Of a stretch of 64,000 nt of DNA, positions 40,651 to 49,627 are shown one piece after another. How positions within the stretch are numbered: the first letter of the stretch is position 1; the number at the start of each line of letters is the position of its first letter. The notes under the pieces are model-generated. The model worked only from the letters and a program-made list of their open reading frames with translations, searched no databases and had not been told where the DNA came from. The stretch lies in the IMG/VR virus record IMGVR_UViG_3300023174_009221, one strand, 5' to 3'. The stretch comes from a virus. A program made the translations under genes and the position numbers.

Positions 40651-41238
40651 TCGGCAATTTCGGCTTTCAGAAAATACAGAACACCAGAAACAATGGGTGC
40701 TTTTGCACTTAAAGGAAAATTCGTGAATGTTTCAGAGATGACCAATCAAAAACTGGTCGGAAATGACGAAGTGGTTAATTTAATGGCATCGATTGGATTA
40801 AAACTGGGCCAAGAAATTACTCTCAAAGACCTTAGATACGGTAGAATTCTTTTTTACGTTGACGCTGACGCAGACGGTAACTCGATTGCTGGTCTGCTCA
40901 TTAACTTTTTTTACAAATATTGGCCGGATATGTTTGATAGAAAAATGATTTGGAAAGTAGAAACTCCAATTGTAGTTGCTATACCAAAATCAAAAACCAA
41001 AAAGAAATTACTTTTTTATACCCAAGCAGAGTATAATGAATGGGAAAAAACAAATGATGTCAAACAGTGGGAAATAAAGTATAAAAAAGGTTTAGCGGCA
41101 CTTGTCGATGACGAGTATCAAGATATTATTAATAACCCAAAAATGACCTTAATTACAAAAGACGAGGCTACGAAGCTATCACTTGAAATTTGGTTTGGAA
41201 AAAACTCAGATTTAAGAAAAGTAGAACTATTGAAATAG
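40516..41238 (+). CDS. Split-intein C-half fused to the topoisomerase II TOPRIM part (gp60-like, 195 aa)
   Basis: ...NGLVSHN|SAISAF; ALKGK, DADADG, TPIV, YKKGLA. Confidence 0.9.
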   Translation: MIVENFLELIDIDSIDITNEYVNMVDISVDVDQSFLLSNGLVSHNSAISAFRKYRTPETMGAFALKGKFVNVSEMTNQKLVGNDEVVNLMASIGLKLGQEITLKDLRYGRILFYVDADADGNSIAGLLINFFYKYWPDMFDRKMIWKVETPIVVAIPKSKTKKKLLFYTQAEYNEWEKTNDVKQWEIKYKKGLAALVDDEYQDIINNPKMTLITKDEATKLSLEIWFGKNSDLRKVELLK

Positions 41239-41261
41239 AAAAAAAAATTAATATATAACTA

Positions 41262-42359
41262 ATGATTAAAAAATGGTCAAATTTTATAAACGAAAATAAA
41301 CTTTATCTTTTTAACAGAAAGTTTAGAATATCATCTCTTATTGAATCCAAGATATATCCACTTAAACTTGTCAAAAAATGGATGTCTGAGTATGATTGTG
41401 ACCAGTTTGCACATTGTGTATTGGTTTCTAAATCTCCGATTACAAAAACCACAGATGTTAAGTATTTAATACAAACCACTTCAAGAGATATTTCAAATGT
41501 TAATTATTTTAACACATCGACAAAAAAATATGACGGGTATTTACCAGAAGATTCAAAACTAATAATCAATGAACAGGAGGTATTTCTTTATATTTTCAAA
41601 AAGAATTCGAATTTACAAAATAGGGCAAGACAAATACACGGTTTTATCTATGAAGGAGAAGTAAAAAATCTTAACGGTTTGGCTAAATTGAAAAAAACAG
41701 ATAAGTGGGACGCCGAAGGTGGTCTTGATAAATCCTATCTAACCAGAAGAATCGAGCAACAAAAGTCGGTAGAATTTTTCAATGGGTCAACCTATTTAGA
41801 CCTTGTTAAAATTGATGAGATATCGGGGTTCAAAGAATGTAACTGGGAATTAGTTCCACAAGGGTTTAAAGACCACCATAACTGGAGCATTAAATGCATG
41901 GCAAACAGGACCGATATCGAATTTGGAGACTTCAAAAGAATTTCAGGTTTAGAAAAAGATGGAAAAAAGATTAAAATTTTACATTCAAATGAACAAAATT
42001 TTATGATAGCAATTGGATTTCATGACGGGTCAGCAGATAAAAAAGTTTTAGTAGAGTATATAATCTGTATGCCGGTATCGATTTGGAAAACATTTCTTCC
42101 TAACTTACAGACTAAATTAGAGGATATCACAATGATGTATAATGATTTAGATCAACACAAATTAGTAGGTGAAAGAACCGAAGAATCTGAAAAAAATTGG
42201 CAATACTACACTTCAATCTATAAAGGAATATGCAGTGATACTCCAATTAAATTAAGATTTAAAAGAGACAGCAAAGGTCAACTTAGAATACAGTGCGCTA
42301 TGTCATTTACTAACTTTACTAACTTGGTTCTTAAATTACCCCACATCAGAATCGGATAA
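41262..42359 (+). CDS. Putative restriction-endonuclease-like protein with capsid-targeting-like N-terminus
   Basis: MIKKWSNFINEN; RQIHGFIYE...KWDA...WSIK; adjacent methyltransferase. Confidence 0.5.
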   Translation: MIKKWSNFINENKLYLFNRKFRISSLIESKIYPLKLVKKWMSEYDCDQFAHCVLVSKSPITKTTDVKYLIQTTSRDISNVNYFNTSTKKYDGYLPEDSKLIINEQEVFLYIFKKNSNLQNRARQIHGFIYEGEVKNLNGLAKLKKTDKWDAEGGLDKSYLTRRIEQQKSVEFFNGSTYLDLVKIDEISGFKECNWELVPQGFKDHHNWSIKCMANRTDIEFGDFKRISGLEKDGKKIKILHSNEQNFMIAIGFHDGSADKKVLVEYIICMPVSIWKTFLPNLQTKLEDITMMYNDLDQHKLVGERTEESEKNWQYYTSIYKGICSDTPIKLRFKRDSKGQLRIQCAMSFTNFTNLVLKLPHIRIG

Positions 42360-42389
42360 ACTTTTTGTTAAATTGTATCTAAAAAGTCT

Positions 42390-43187
42390 ATGAAGAGAAT
42401 TCTAAAATCCGACTTAGATAAATTCTACACCAAGCAACAATTAGTCGAAGATTTAGTGGCTAAGTTTGATTTTAGTAAATATGATTTAGTCATTGATCCG
42501 TGTTGTGGAGCGGGTGCTTTTTACAAAAATATACCACACCACAATAAAATTGCAATTGATATCTTACCACACATAGATGGTGTTATTACAGCAGATTTTT
42601 TACAATGGGATTATAAAATGATTCTACAAGACCCCAGTAAAGTTTTAGTGTTATCAAATCCACCTTTTGGGAAACAGGGGTCAGTTGCTATGAATTTCAT
42701 TAAAAGGGCTAGTCTATTTTCAGATACCATTGCTTTTATCTTACCGATAAGTTTTGCAAAACCAAGTCAGAAAAATAAAATTCCAGAATATTTTCATTTA
42801 GAGTATGAAGAAGTATTACCTGAAGATTCGTATTTATTAGATGGGGCTTCATACCAGGTTAAATGTGTTTTTCAAATCTGGAAGAAATCCCACAAAAAAA
42901 GAGATAAGATTTTAGAAGATTCTAATATTGGATTTAGATATACAAAAGATAAAACAATTGCTGACTTAGCAGTAAGAAGAGTCGGTGTTTATGCCGGTAG
43001 GGCATTTACAGACTTAAATAAATCAGAACAATCTCACTACTTTTTGATCTTTGATGATAAATCTAAAATTAGAACGGTGATGGACTCTTTACATCAACAA
43101 AAGTGGTCTGATTTAGCCATTGGACCAAGATCTATATCAAAAGGTGAATTAAACAAATCTATAAATACCATACTAAATGATAAATAA
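42390..43187 (+). CDS. N6-adenine DNA methyltransferase
   Basis: DKFYT, IDPCCGAGAF, SNPPFG, AFILP. Confidence 0.85.
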   Translation: MKRILKSDLDKFYTKQQLVEDLVAKFDFSKYDLVIDPCCGAGAFYKNIPHHNKIAIDILPHIDGVITADFLQWDYKMILQDPSKVLVLSNPPFGKQGSVAMNFIKRASLFSDTIAFILPISFAKPSQKNKIPEYFHLEYEEVLPEDSYLLDGASYQVKCVFQIWKKSHKKRDKILEDSNIGFRYTKDKTIADLAVRRVGVYAGRAFTDLNKSEQSHYFLIFDDKSKIRTVMDSLHQQKWSDLAIGPRSISKGELNKSINTILNDK

Positions 43188-43467
43188 ATACACAACAACC
43201 AGCACGGCAACTTATGGAACCAATATTCAATACGGACATAGTGGCAAAAAAACTTACCACGTCTTAGGTGAGAACGTAGATTTGAATGCAAGTTTCGAAG
43301 ATTCAATACTTATACAATTAATTTCAACTATTAATGTACTTGGAAAACCTTACTACGACCAGTTGAAAAAAAATAATTATAATTTTCCACAAGAATTAGA
43401 CGATTTTCTTGTAAAAAAGTTCAAAGAGTTAGAAAGAGATGATAAAATAAACCAGGTAATAAACTAA
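43177..43467 (+). CDS. Hypothetical protein with C-terminal RDDKINQVI tag
   Basis: ORF track. Confidence 0.6.
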   Translation: MINKYTTTSTATYGTNIQYGHSGKKTYHVLGENVDLNASFEDSILIQLISTINVLGKPYYDQLKKNNYNFPQELDDFLVKKFKELERDDKINQVIN

Positions 43468-43508
43468 GTAACTAATTGTTAATATAATATTAAAAATAAT
43501 TAATTCTT

Positions 43509-44480
43509 ATGATTTGCGACTTAATCATAGATGGAAATTACATACTTAGCCGTTTGGTTTTCACACTTCACAAAAACAATATACTCTATGGATCTCTTAT
43601 TAAATCTTTAGAATATACCATATCAAATTACAGAAAATGGTATCCATTTTCGAATATTTATTTGGTGTCTGATTCGAAAGAAAAATCTTGGAGAAAAAAA
43701 TTGACTAAAGCTTATAAGTCTAATCGAAAAAAGGACTCTGATATTGATTGGGGATTTGTTTATAGCTCTTATGATGAATTCAAACAATCGATTAAGGGAC
43801 CGGTGACTATATTTGAAGCACCACATGTTGAAGGAGATGATTGGATTTCATTCTTATCACATAAATCAAATCAAGAAGGCCGCTGCACCATAATTGTTTC
43901 AAATGACCACGATATTAAGCAAATTGTTAACTGGAGCTTAGACCCACTTTGGATTAATATAATGACCAATGAAATGCATAATAAAGAAAAACTTTTTATG
44001 CCAAAAAATTATCAAATTTTTATTTCAAATGTTAAAAATTTACCAAATGATGATATTTTTACACTCAACGATAACAGTGACTTTCTTACACTGCTTGATA
44101 GATTTTTAGACAAGTATGAGATTATCGAAATCGATCCGATAGAATCGTTAGTTGTTAAAATTATTTCTGGTGACCAATCAGATAACATTTCATCGGTTTG
44201 GTCGCAAGTGAAAAATGGCAAAAAAAGAGGGATAGGTTCTAAGGGAGCTAAGTCAATTTATCAAAATTATTTGACTGAGTTTGGTGAAGTAAATCTACTC
44301 GACCCAGATTTATATGAAAATATCGCGGATTTAATTTGTGAAAAGAAAAACATATCAAAAACTCAAATTGAAAAAATCGTCGAAAACATTATAAGTAATG
44401 TAAAACTAATTGACCTTAGATTGGATAATCTACCGGTAGAGATTATAGAAAAAATGGAATCTAAATTCAAAAATAAATGA
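43509..44480 (+). CDS. 5'-3' exonuclease / T4 RNase H-like flap nuclease
   Basis: IIDGNY, SWRK...YKSNR, EGDD, SNDHD, GDQSDNI, GIG. Confidence 0.85.
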   Translation: MICDLIIDGNYILSRLVFTLHKNNILYGSLIKSLEYTISNYRKWYPFSNIYLVSDSKEKSWRKKLTKAYKSNRKKDSDIDWGFVYSSYDEFKQSIKGPVTIFEAPHVEGDDWISFLSHKSNQEGRCTIIVSNDHDIKQIVNWSLDPLWINIMTNEMHNKEKLFMPKNYQIFISNVKNLPNDDIFTLNDNSDFLTLLDRFLDKYEIIEIDPIESLVVKIISGDQSDNISSVWSQVKNGKKRGIGSKGAKSIYQNYLTEFGEVNLLDPDLYENIADLICEKKNISKTQIEKIVENIISNVKLIDLRLDNLPVEIIEKMESKFKNK

Positions 44481-44875
44481 CGATTGAAAATAATTTGTTG
44501 GCCATTACAAATGCCATGTTCAAAGATAGACAAAATTGGAAGTGGGTATCTAATGAGCAGAAAGAAGAATTTTTTTTTATTATCAATAGATTGCTGTCAA
44601 AAAGATTTGCAGAAAAGGCACAACTTTTGAATCATAAAAATATAAATAAAGCTGTAGGACTTGATCTTTGGTTTCAATTTTTGAAAAAATCACCTTATCC
44701 TTCTTGGATTTGGTCAAAATCAGAAAAAGTGTCACAACATATTTCCGAACAGGATTATATGTTGTTATTAACACATCTACAAATAAAAGATTCAGACCTG
44801 GATTATTTGATACAAAATCACCCAGATTTTATAAACGACGGACTTAAATATTATAAAAAACTAGAAAAACAATAA
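44477..44875 (+). CDS. Possible clamp-loader small subunit (gp62-like)
   Basis: FIINRLLS...LN...W.WSK pattern; replication gene context. Confidence 0.4.
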   Translation: MTIENNLLAITNAMFKDRQNWKWVSNEQKEEFFFIINRLLSKRFAEKAQLLNHKNINKAVGLDLWFQFLKKSPYPSWIWSKSEKVSQHISEQDYMLLLTHLQIKDSDLDYLIQNHPDFINDGLKYYKKLEKQ

Positions 44876-44888
44876 AATAAATATAACT

Positions 44889-45446
44889 ATGAACACAACC
44901 ACTGAAAATGTATCTCAAATGAAATGGTATATTGTTAGAGCACAATCTAACAGGGAAAAATCTGTTTCAGAAAGAATAATCAAAGAAGGAGAAAAAGGTG
45001 ACCTTATGGGCAAAATAGGTAGAGTTGTAATTCCAACCGAAAGGTCTTTCCATGTAAAAAATGGCAAAAAAGTTCAAAAAGAAAAAGTGATGTTTCCTGG
45101 ATACATCTTTGTTGAAACAAATGCTGTCGGTGAATTAAAGTTTTATCTTAAAGAAGTAAATGGAGCTACCGGGTTTTTGACTAACCGAGAAAAACAAATT
45201 CAATCATTATCAGAGTCTGAAGTAAATAGAATGCTTGGTATTCAAAAAGAAAAAGAAGAAAGTATTCAAAATTTTGATAGTTTTACAATCGGTGAAGAAA
45301 TAAAAATTTTAGATGGTCCATTTTCAGGTTTCATTGGAACTGTTGAAAGTTGTAAAGACCAGAAGATTAAAGTTGAAGTTAAAATATTTGGTAGAAATAA
45401 TCTTTTGGAGTTAAATACGCTTCAAGTTGAGAGACACCAATCATAA
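44889..45446 (+). CDS. nusG: Transcription elongation factor NusG
   Basis: WYIVRA.SNRE, FPGYIFVE, KOW ILDGPFSGFIGTV, KIFGR. Confidence 0.9.
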   Translation: MNTTTENVSQMKWYIVRAQSNREKSVSERIIKEGEKGDLMGKIGRVVIPTERSFHVKNGKKVQKEKVMFPGYIFVETNAVGELKFYLKEVNGATGFLTNREKQIQSLSESEVNRMLGIQKEKEESIQNFDSFTIGEEIKILDGPFSGFIGTVESCKDQKIKVEVKIFGRNNLLELNTLQVERHQS

Positions 45447-45535
45447 CCAATTGGTTCTTTGTTGGAATATAAACCCATAAGTTAATTTAATTTTATTATA
45501 TATAACCAATGAGTCAAAAAAATTTATTTTAAACA

Positions 45536-45742
45536 ATGAGTCAATTCAAAGACAAAGTCGTTTATATTATGATTATCGGTGTAATGTCGATTTTAGGATT
45601 TATAGTTGTAGGTGACTTTACCGTAGCTTTAAGAGAAGGCCGGTCAGTAGATGAAAAAATTACAGACCTTCTGCAAGTAGTCATCACCGGGCTAATAGGC
45701 ATAGTTGGAACTTATTTCGGTTCAAGAAATAAAGAGAGTTGA
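45536..45742 (+). CDS. Small two-TM membrane protein
   Basis: Two hydrophobic helices; GTYFGS. Confidence 0.6.
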   Translation: MSQFKDKVVYIMIIGVMSILGFIVVGDFTVALREGRSVDEKITDLLQVVITGLIGIVGTYFGSRNKES

Positions 45743-45942
45743 TGTTTGGATGCCCGGTCTGTAGAACAAAACTTGCAATGGATTTAAAGTTTATCCTTAG
45801 CCAACCCGAATCGGTATGTCCAGGTTGTGGATTAATTTTTAATTTTAAAATGACAGATGAAATGAAGCAAGAATCATTGGAAACACTTAGAAAAATGGAA
45901 GAAATTAAGAAAAAAATGTCAAAAATTGCAAAATTTAGATAA
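45739..45942 (+). CDS. Small zinc-ribbon protein
   Basis: CPVC...CPGC. Confidence 0.6.
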   Translation: MMFGCPVCRTKLAMDLKFILSQPESVCPGCGLIFNFKMTDEMKQESLETLRKMEEIKKKMSKIAKFR

Positions 45943-45975
45943 TTTTTTATAATATATAAAAATAAAAATAAAAAT

Positions 45976-46587
45976 ATGGCAGATAATATCGCACAACAAT
46001 TCGCTGGATTACCAATCGAAGACCTAATTGTTCAACCATTAGTAGGCATGGCAAAAGGCCAAGCACAACTAAATGATGTTACTTGGAAATACATATCCCA
46101 AGTAGCGTTTACCACTCCAAAAGGCGGAGATGAAAATTCACCAAAGCAAGCAACTAGTTTAGATGTAACTCTTAACAGATATGTAACTAACCCAGACACA
46201 GGAAAGCAAGAATTGCAAGAAATTAATTCTAAAGTTCCACTTCTACCACTAGTTCCACTACCGGCTCTTTCAATTACAAGTGCTGATATCGAATTCTCTA
46301 TGGAAGTAAAACAAACAGATATTTCTAAAGATTCAACAGATACTTCAGCCGAAGCAAGTGCTGAGGTCTCAGGTGGTTTTTGGGGCATGAAGTATAAAGT
46401 GTCAATGAGTGGTAAAATTGCAACTCATAAAGAAAATACAAGGAGCACAGATAACTCTGCTAAGTATAATGTAAAGGTTCATGCTGAACAATTACCACCA
46501 ACTGAGGGTATGTTAAAATTATCAGATATGCTTCAAATGATGATGGAACCTTCAGTCGTTGCGACCGGTGATAACAAAAATGAATAA
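45976..46587 (+). CDS. DUF2589-family protein A
   Basis: FAGLPIEDLI..PL...Q..L, VPLLPLVP.P.L.I...I.F.MEV, P.EG. Confidence 0.75.
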   Translation: MADNIAQQFAGLPIEDLIVQPLVGMAKGQAQLNDVTWKYISQVAFTTPKGGDENSPKQATSLDVTLNRYVTNPDTGKQELQEINSKVPLLPLVPLPALSITSADIEFSMEVKQTDISKDSTDTSAEASAEVSGGFWGMKYKVSMSGKIATHKENTRSTDNSAKYNVKVHAEQLPPTEGMLKLSDMLQMMMEPSVVATGDNKNE

Positions 46588-46610
46588 ACAAATCTACTTT
46601 TTTTAGATAT

Positions 46611-46637
46611 AAAAAGGGACAATAAGTCCCTTTTTTT
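46611..46637 (+). terminator. Terminator-like hairpin immediately before the next ATG
   Basis: AAAAAGGGAC-AATAA-GTCCC-T7 then ATG at 46638. Confidence 0.65.
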
Positions 46638-47108
46638 ATGTCTAAACTAAACATTGATGATTTACTAAGTGCTCTAAACGAAGCAGCTTTGGTTGCTAGA
46701 AGAATTTCCGAGAGACAGCATATTGATAACTTAGAGAATTACTTCAAATCAGACGGCACACCTGTTACTAAAACTTTCAAAGTTGGCGATAAAGATATAG
46801 TTATTCCACTCTATGTTTTGGCCGATCATTCATCAGTTGGATTAGATGAACTCGAAGTTGATTTTGAAGCTAGATTATTACTGGACCACGAAAAACAAGA
46901 TTCAGAAGTCAAAAAAGCTCTTTTAGGAAAAGATAGGTATCACAGTATTGGTTCTATCCATTTTGATTCTCAAAATAAAAAAGATTCAAATTTAGGAAAG
47001 GCTAAAATTAAGGTCAAGTTTAAAAAAGATGATAGACCAGAAGCTGTTTCAAGATTAGTAGACGACTTAATTCAAAAAATGGGAGATCCATCGATAAACA
47101 ATAAATAA
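46638..47108 (+). CDS. DUF2589-family protein B
   Basis: IPLYVL...LDELEVDF...PEAVSRL parallels protein A. Confidence 0.65.
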   Translation: MSKLNIDDLLSALNEAALVARRISERQHIDNLENYFKSDGTPVTKTFKVGDKDIVIPLYVLADHSSVGLDELEVDFEARLLLDHEKQDSEVKKALLGKDRYHSIGSIHFDSQNKKDSNLGKAKIKVKFKKDDRPEAVSRLVDDLIQKMGDPSINNK

Positions 47109-47209
47109 TTAAATGTTCTCGAATTGGAATTGTTTTCTGTATCATAAATTCCCTAGTAATTCTGGTTCCGAGTTCAAAATAAATAATCTAAGTACTTTAT
47201 ATATAAGGT

Positions 47210-47467
47210 ATGAAATATCTTAAGAACTTCAAGTTATTTTTAATAACAGAGGCTAACGATGAAGAGATTTTAAAGCTGGAGAATGAAAAAAGAGTCCTAA
47301 ATGATGAATTCGACAAAAAAATGGATGATTTTTTAGGCGAGTATGCTGATGAGTTAGAAGAAGCCCAGGGAATTAAACAGGCCTTAGATGTGTTAAGAAA
47401 AGTGATCAAAAAAAAAATGGGGTGGTTAAGACATTCAAGCAGCTTAAAGGCACACTATCTTGTATGA
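47210..47467 (+). CDS. Tagged small protein
   Basis: MKYLKNFKLFLITEA; TTATATATA upstream. Confidence 0.6.
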   Translation: MKYLKNFKLFLITEANDEEILKLENEKRVLNDEFDKKMDDFLGEYADELEEAQGIKQALDVLRKVIKKKMGWLRHSSSLKAHYLV

Positions 47468-47937
47468 AAAAACTCACGACTCTTGAGAAAAAAATAGCAG
47501 AACTGAAGGGTGAAAAATATGACTCAGTAGTTGAAAATATTTTAAATACAATAAAAGAAGCTCTGACACCCAAGAATCTAGCAAAAATAATTAATGGGAA
47601 AACCGAAGAACTCGAAATTGAATATAGTAAAAAAGCAGGAGGAGAAGCGACGGGTGAAATTAAAGATGTCAAAGTTTCAGATGATGGCACAGTCGAGGTA
47701 TCAATAGAAAATGATAAAGTAGGTATTGTTAAAAAAGATATAACCGAAATCACCGGCGGAGCGGATGATGAAAAAGAAGAAAAATCTGACAGTGTTGACT
47801 TAGTTCAAAAACTTAAAGAAATTAAATCTAAACAACCAAAAAATATAATAGCTTTCTTAAAAATATCTAAACTCTATTTAGATCCTATCAAAAATAAAGA
47901 ATCAATTCAAGATATTGAAAATATATTAAATAAGTAA
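47464..47937 (+). CDS. Hypothetical protein (or frameshifted continuation of 47210)
   Basis: ATG at 47464 overlaps the upstream TGA; reading frame is open back through the A10 run. Confidence 0.55.
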   Translation: MKKLTTLEKKIAELKGEKYDSVVENILNTIKEALTPKNLAKIINGKTEELEIEYSKKAGGEATGEIKDVKVSDDGTVEVSIENDKVGIVKKDITEITGGADDEKEEKSDSVDLVQKLKEIKSKQPKNIIAFLKISKLYLDPIKNKESIQDIENILNK

Positions 47938-47954
47938 TACCGGTCGTATGAAGT

Positions 47955-48617
47955 TTATTTAATATTCAAGTTCATTGAATTTTTTTTGAAGATAAGATTC
48001 AAATCCGATAATTTAATCAATTTAACTTGGCATTTTGCTTTATCTTCAACATTTTCACCTATCCAAACCCATTGTTTTTTTGATATAAAAAGAACTTTAA
48101 AATAGTGAGTTGGTATTTTAATCTTACTATTACCCAAATATGTCTTATTCTTTTCATTGTAAATAACACCAGTTATAATCACAGCATCTGATTTATTTTT
48201 TTGAATGGTGTCTTCGACATCTGATTCGAGTTTTTGCCAAGTGTGTTCATTAAAATATTTAGCCTGTGGGGCTTGATTAAACATACTAAATGATCTTGAG
48301 TTTAGAAGAGAATCATATGTTGTGATATGAGATGGTGTTAAGTGCCCTTTATCATAGTTTGTATTGGTATAATACTTTTTTAAGTATTTACCAGTCCAGG
48401 TATCATCGAACCACTTATCGGATCTTGACCAGTTTCCCAATTTTTGAAATTCTTGATAAGTTATTGTGTGTTTAGAAACCAAAGTGCAGGTATCATCATC
48501 TAAATACAACACAATGTCTCCGTGTTGAATTTGTAACGAGTTTTTTACTGTGATTTTTTGAGATAAAAATAATCCAGAAATCAAAACAGCTGTAAAAGTA
48601 ATTAAATATTTCATCAC
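47955..48617 (-). CDS. Secreted DNA/RNA non-specific endonuclease
   Basis: Signal peptide; YDKGHL.P, N.APQ...FN...W..LE, IPTHYFK. Confidence 0.85.
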   Translation of the reverse strand: MMKYLITFTAVLISGLFLSQKITVKNSLQIQHGDIVLYLDDDTCTLVSKHTITYQEFQKLGNWSRSDKWFDDTWTGKYLKKYYTNTNYDKGHLTPSHITTYDSLLNSRSFSMFNQAPQAKYFNEHTWQKLESDVEDTIQKNKSDAVIITGVIYNEKNKTYLGNSKIKIPTHYFKVLFISKKQWVWIGENVEDKAKCQVKLIKLSDLNLIFKKNSMNLNIK

Positions 48618-48654
48618 TCTATATATCAGTATTTGAATATACAGTTAGATTAAA

Positions 48655-49563
48655 TTAGGTCCCCCTATATCTTAATACAGCCAGATCTTTAGCCTTTGCT
48701 TCAATTTCAGTATCAAAATCAAGACCGAATGTTTGGATTTCTTCATAAATATAATCAGCATGAGCCGTTTGTTTTGAAGTGATGTCTTCTAAAGTTTTTG
48801 GAGAACTCATATGAGTTAGAGGTTTGACATCACCCCAAGTAGAAATAGCAAGTCTAAGAGCCTCTTCCATCGTTTGATCTTGTGGTCCGTAATTAAAATG
48901 GTGTTGGTCAAATACAATAGGAATTCCAATTTCTTTATGAACCCAGTCATATAGCATTTTTACCGAAAACTGATTAGGCGAATCATCATTCTCGATTGTT
49001 AGCCTTTTCTTACAAGAGTTTGATAGTAATTGAAAACTTTGGCAGAATTTCTTAGCAGCGTCGTAAGTCGTTGGTTTAGTGGTACCGACGTGAATATTGA
49101 TAGGATAATATGTTGTTTGTTCAAGACCAATTAAGTCCATAAGATAAGCATGTTGGTCTAGTTCAGCAATTGCTCGAAAAATAACTTCTTGTCTTTCAGA
49201 CGGCAACACGTTGAAAGGGCCAGGATGATACGAAAGTCTCATACCACAAGACTTAGCTTTATCTCCTATTTGTTTTAGTAAATCCTTTATGGTATTGAAG
49301 TTTGGAAGACTATCAAAAATATATTCAGACATCCAAGGAAAAGAATCAGAAGACATACGATAGACATAGATATTATTTTTGATATTCCAGTCGATTACTT
49401 TCAAAGTATCTTTAAGGTTTAGTATAATCAATTCAGAAACATAATCTAAACCTTTCAAATCAAAGGTTTTTCGAACCATTCCTCTATTTACCAATACTTG
49501 GTCTTTTTTTCTTTTGCCCACGTTTAGTGAGAGATTTATACAACAATACCCTATATTACCCAT
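48655..49563 (-). CDS. uvsE: UV damage endonuclease (UvsE/UvdE)
   Basis: IGYCCIN, YRMSS, HPGPF, INIHVG, IENDD, FDQHH, HAD, EAKAKD. Confidence 0.9.
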   Translation of the reverse strand: MGNIGYCCINLSLNVGKRKKDQVLVNRGMVRKTFDLKGLDYVSELIILNLKDTLKVIDWNIKNNIYVYRMSSDSFPWMSEYIFDSLPNFNTIKDLLKQIGDKAKSCGMRLSYHPGPFNVLPSERQEVIFRAIAELDQHAYLMDLIGLEQTTYYPINIHVGTTKPTTYDAAKKFCQSFQLLSNSCKKRLTIENDDSPNQFSVKMLYDWVHKEIGIPIVFDQHHFNYGPQDQTMEEALRLAISTWGDVKPLTHMSSPKTLEDITSKQTAHADYIYEEIQTFGLDFDTEIEAKAKDLAVLRYRGT

Positions 49564-49567
49564 AATT

Positions 49568-49598
49568 CAAATATACAAAAGAAATCTATATTATCAAA
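49568..49598 (-). promoter_or_regulatory. Bacteroidota sigma-A-type promoter
   Basis: TTTG-N19-TATATTTG, 4 nt before the ATG. Confidence 0.7.
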
Positions 49599-49627
49599 CT
49601 GCAATTATAAAAATTAATATATAAACT

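Noticed and set aside
45509-45532. Tiny upstream ORF MSQKNLF before the MSQF... membrane gene
   Set aside because: Only 7 codons; may be a duplicated start remnant, with no support for function
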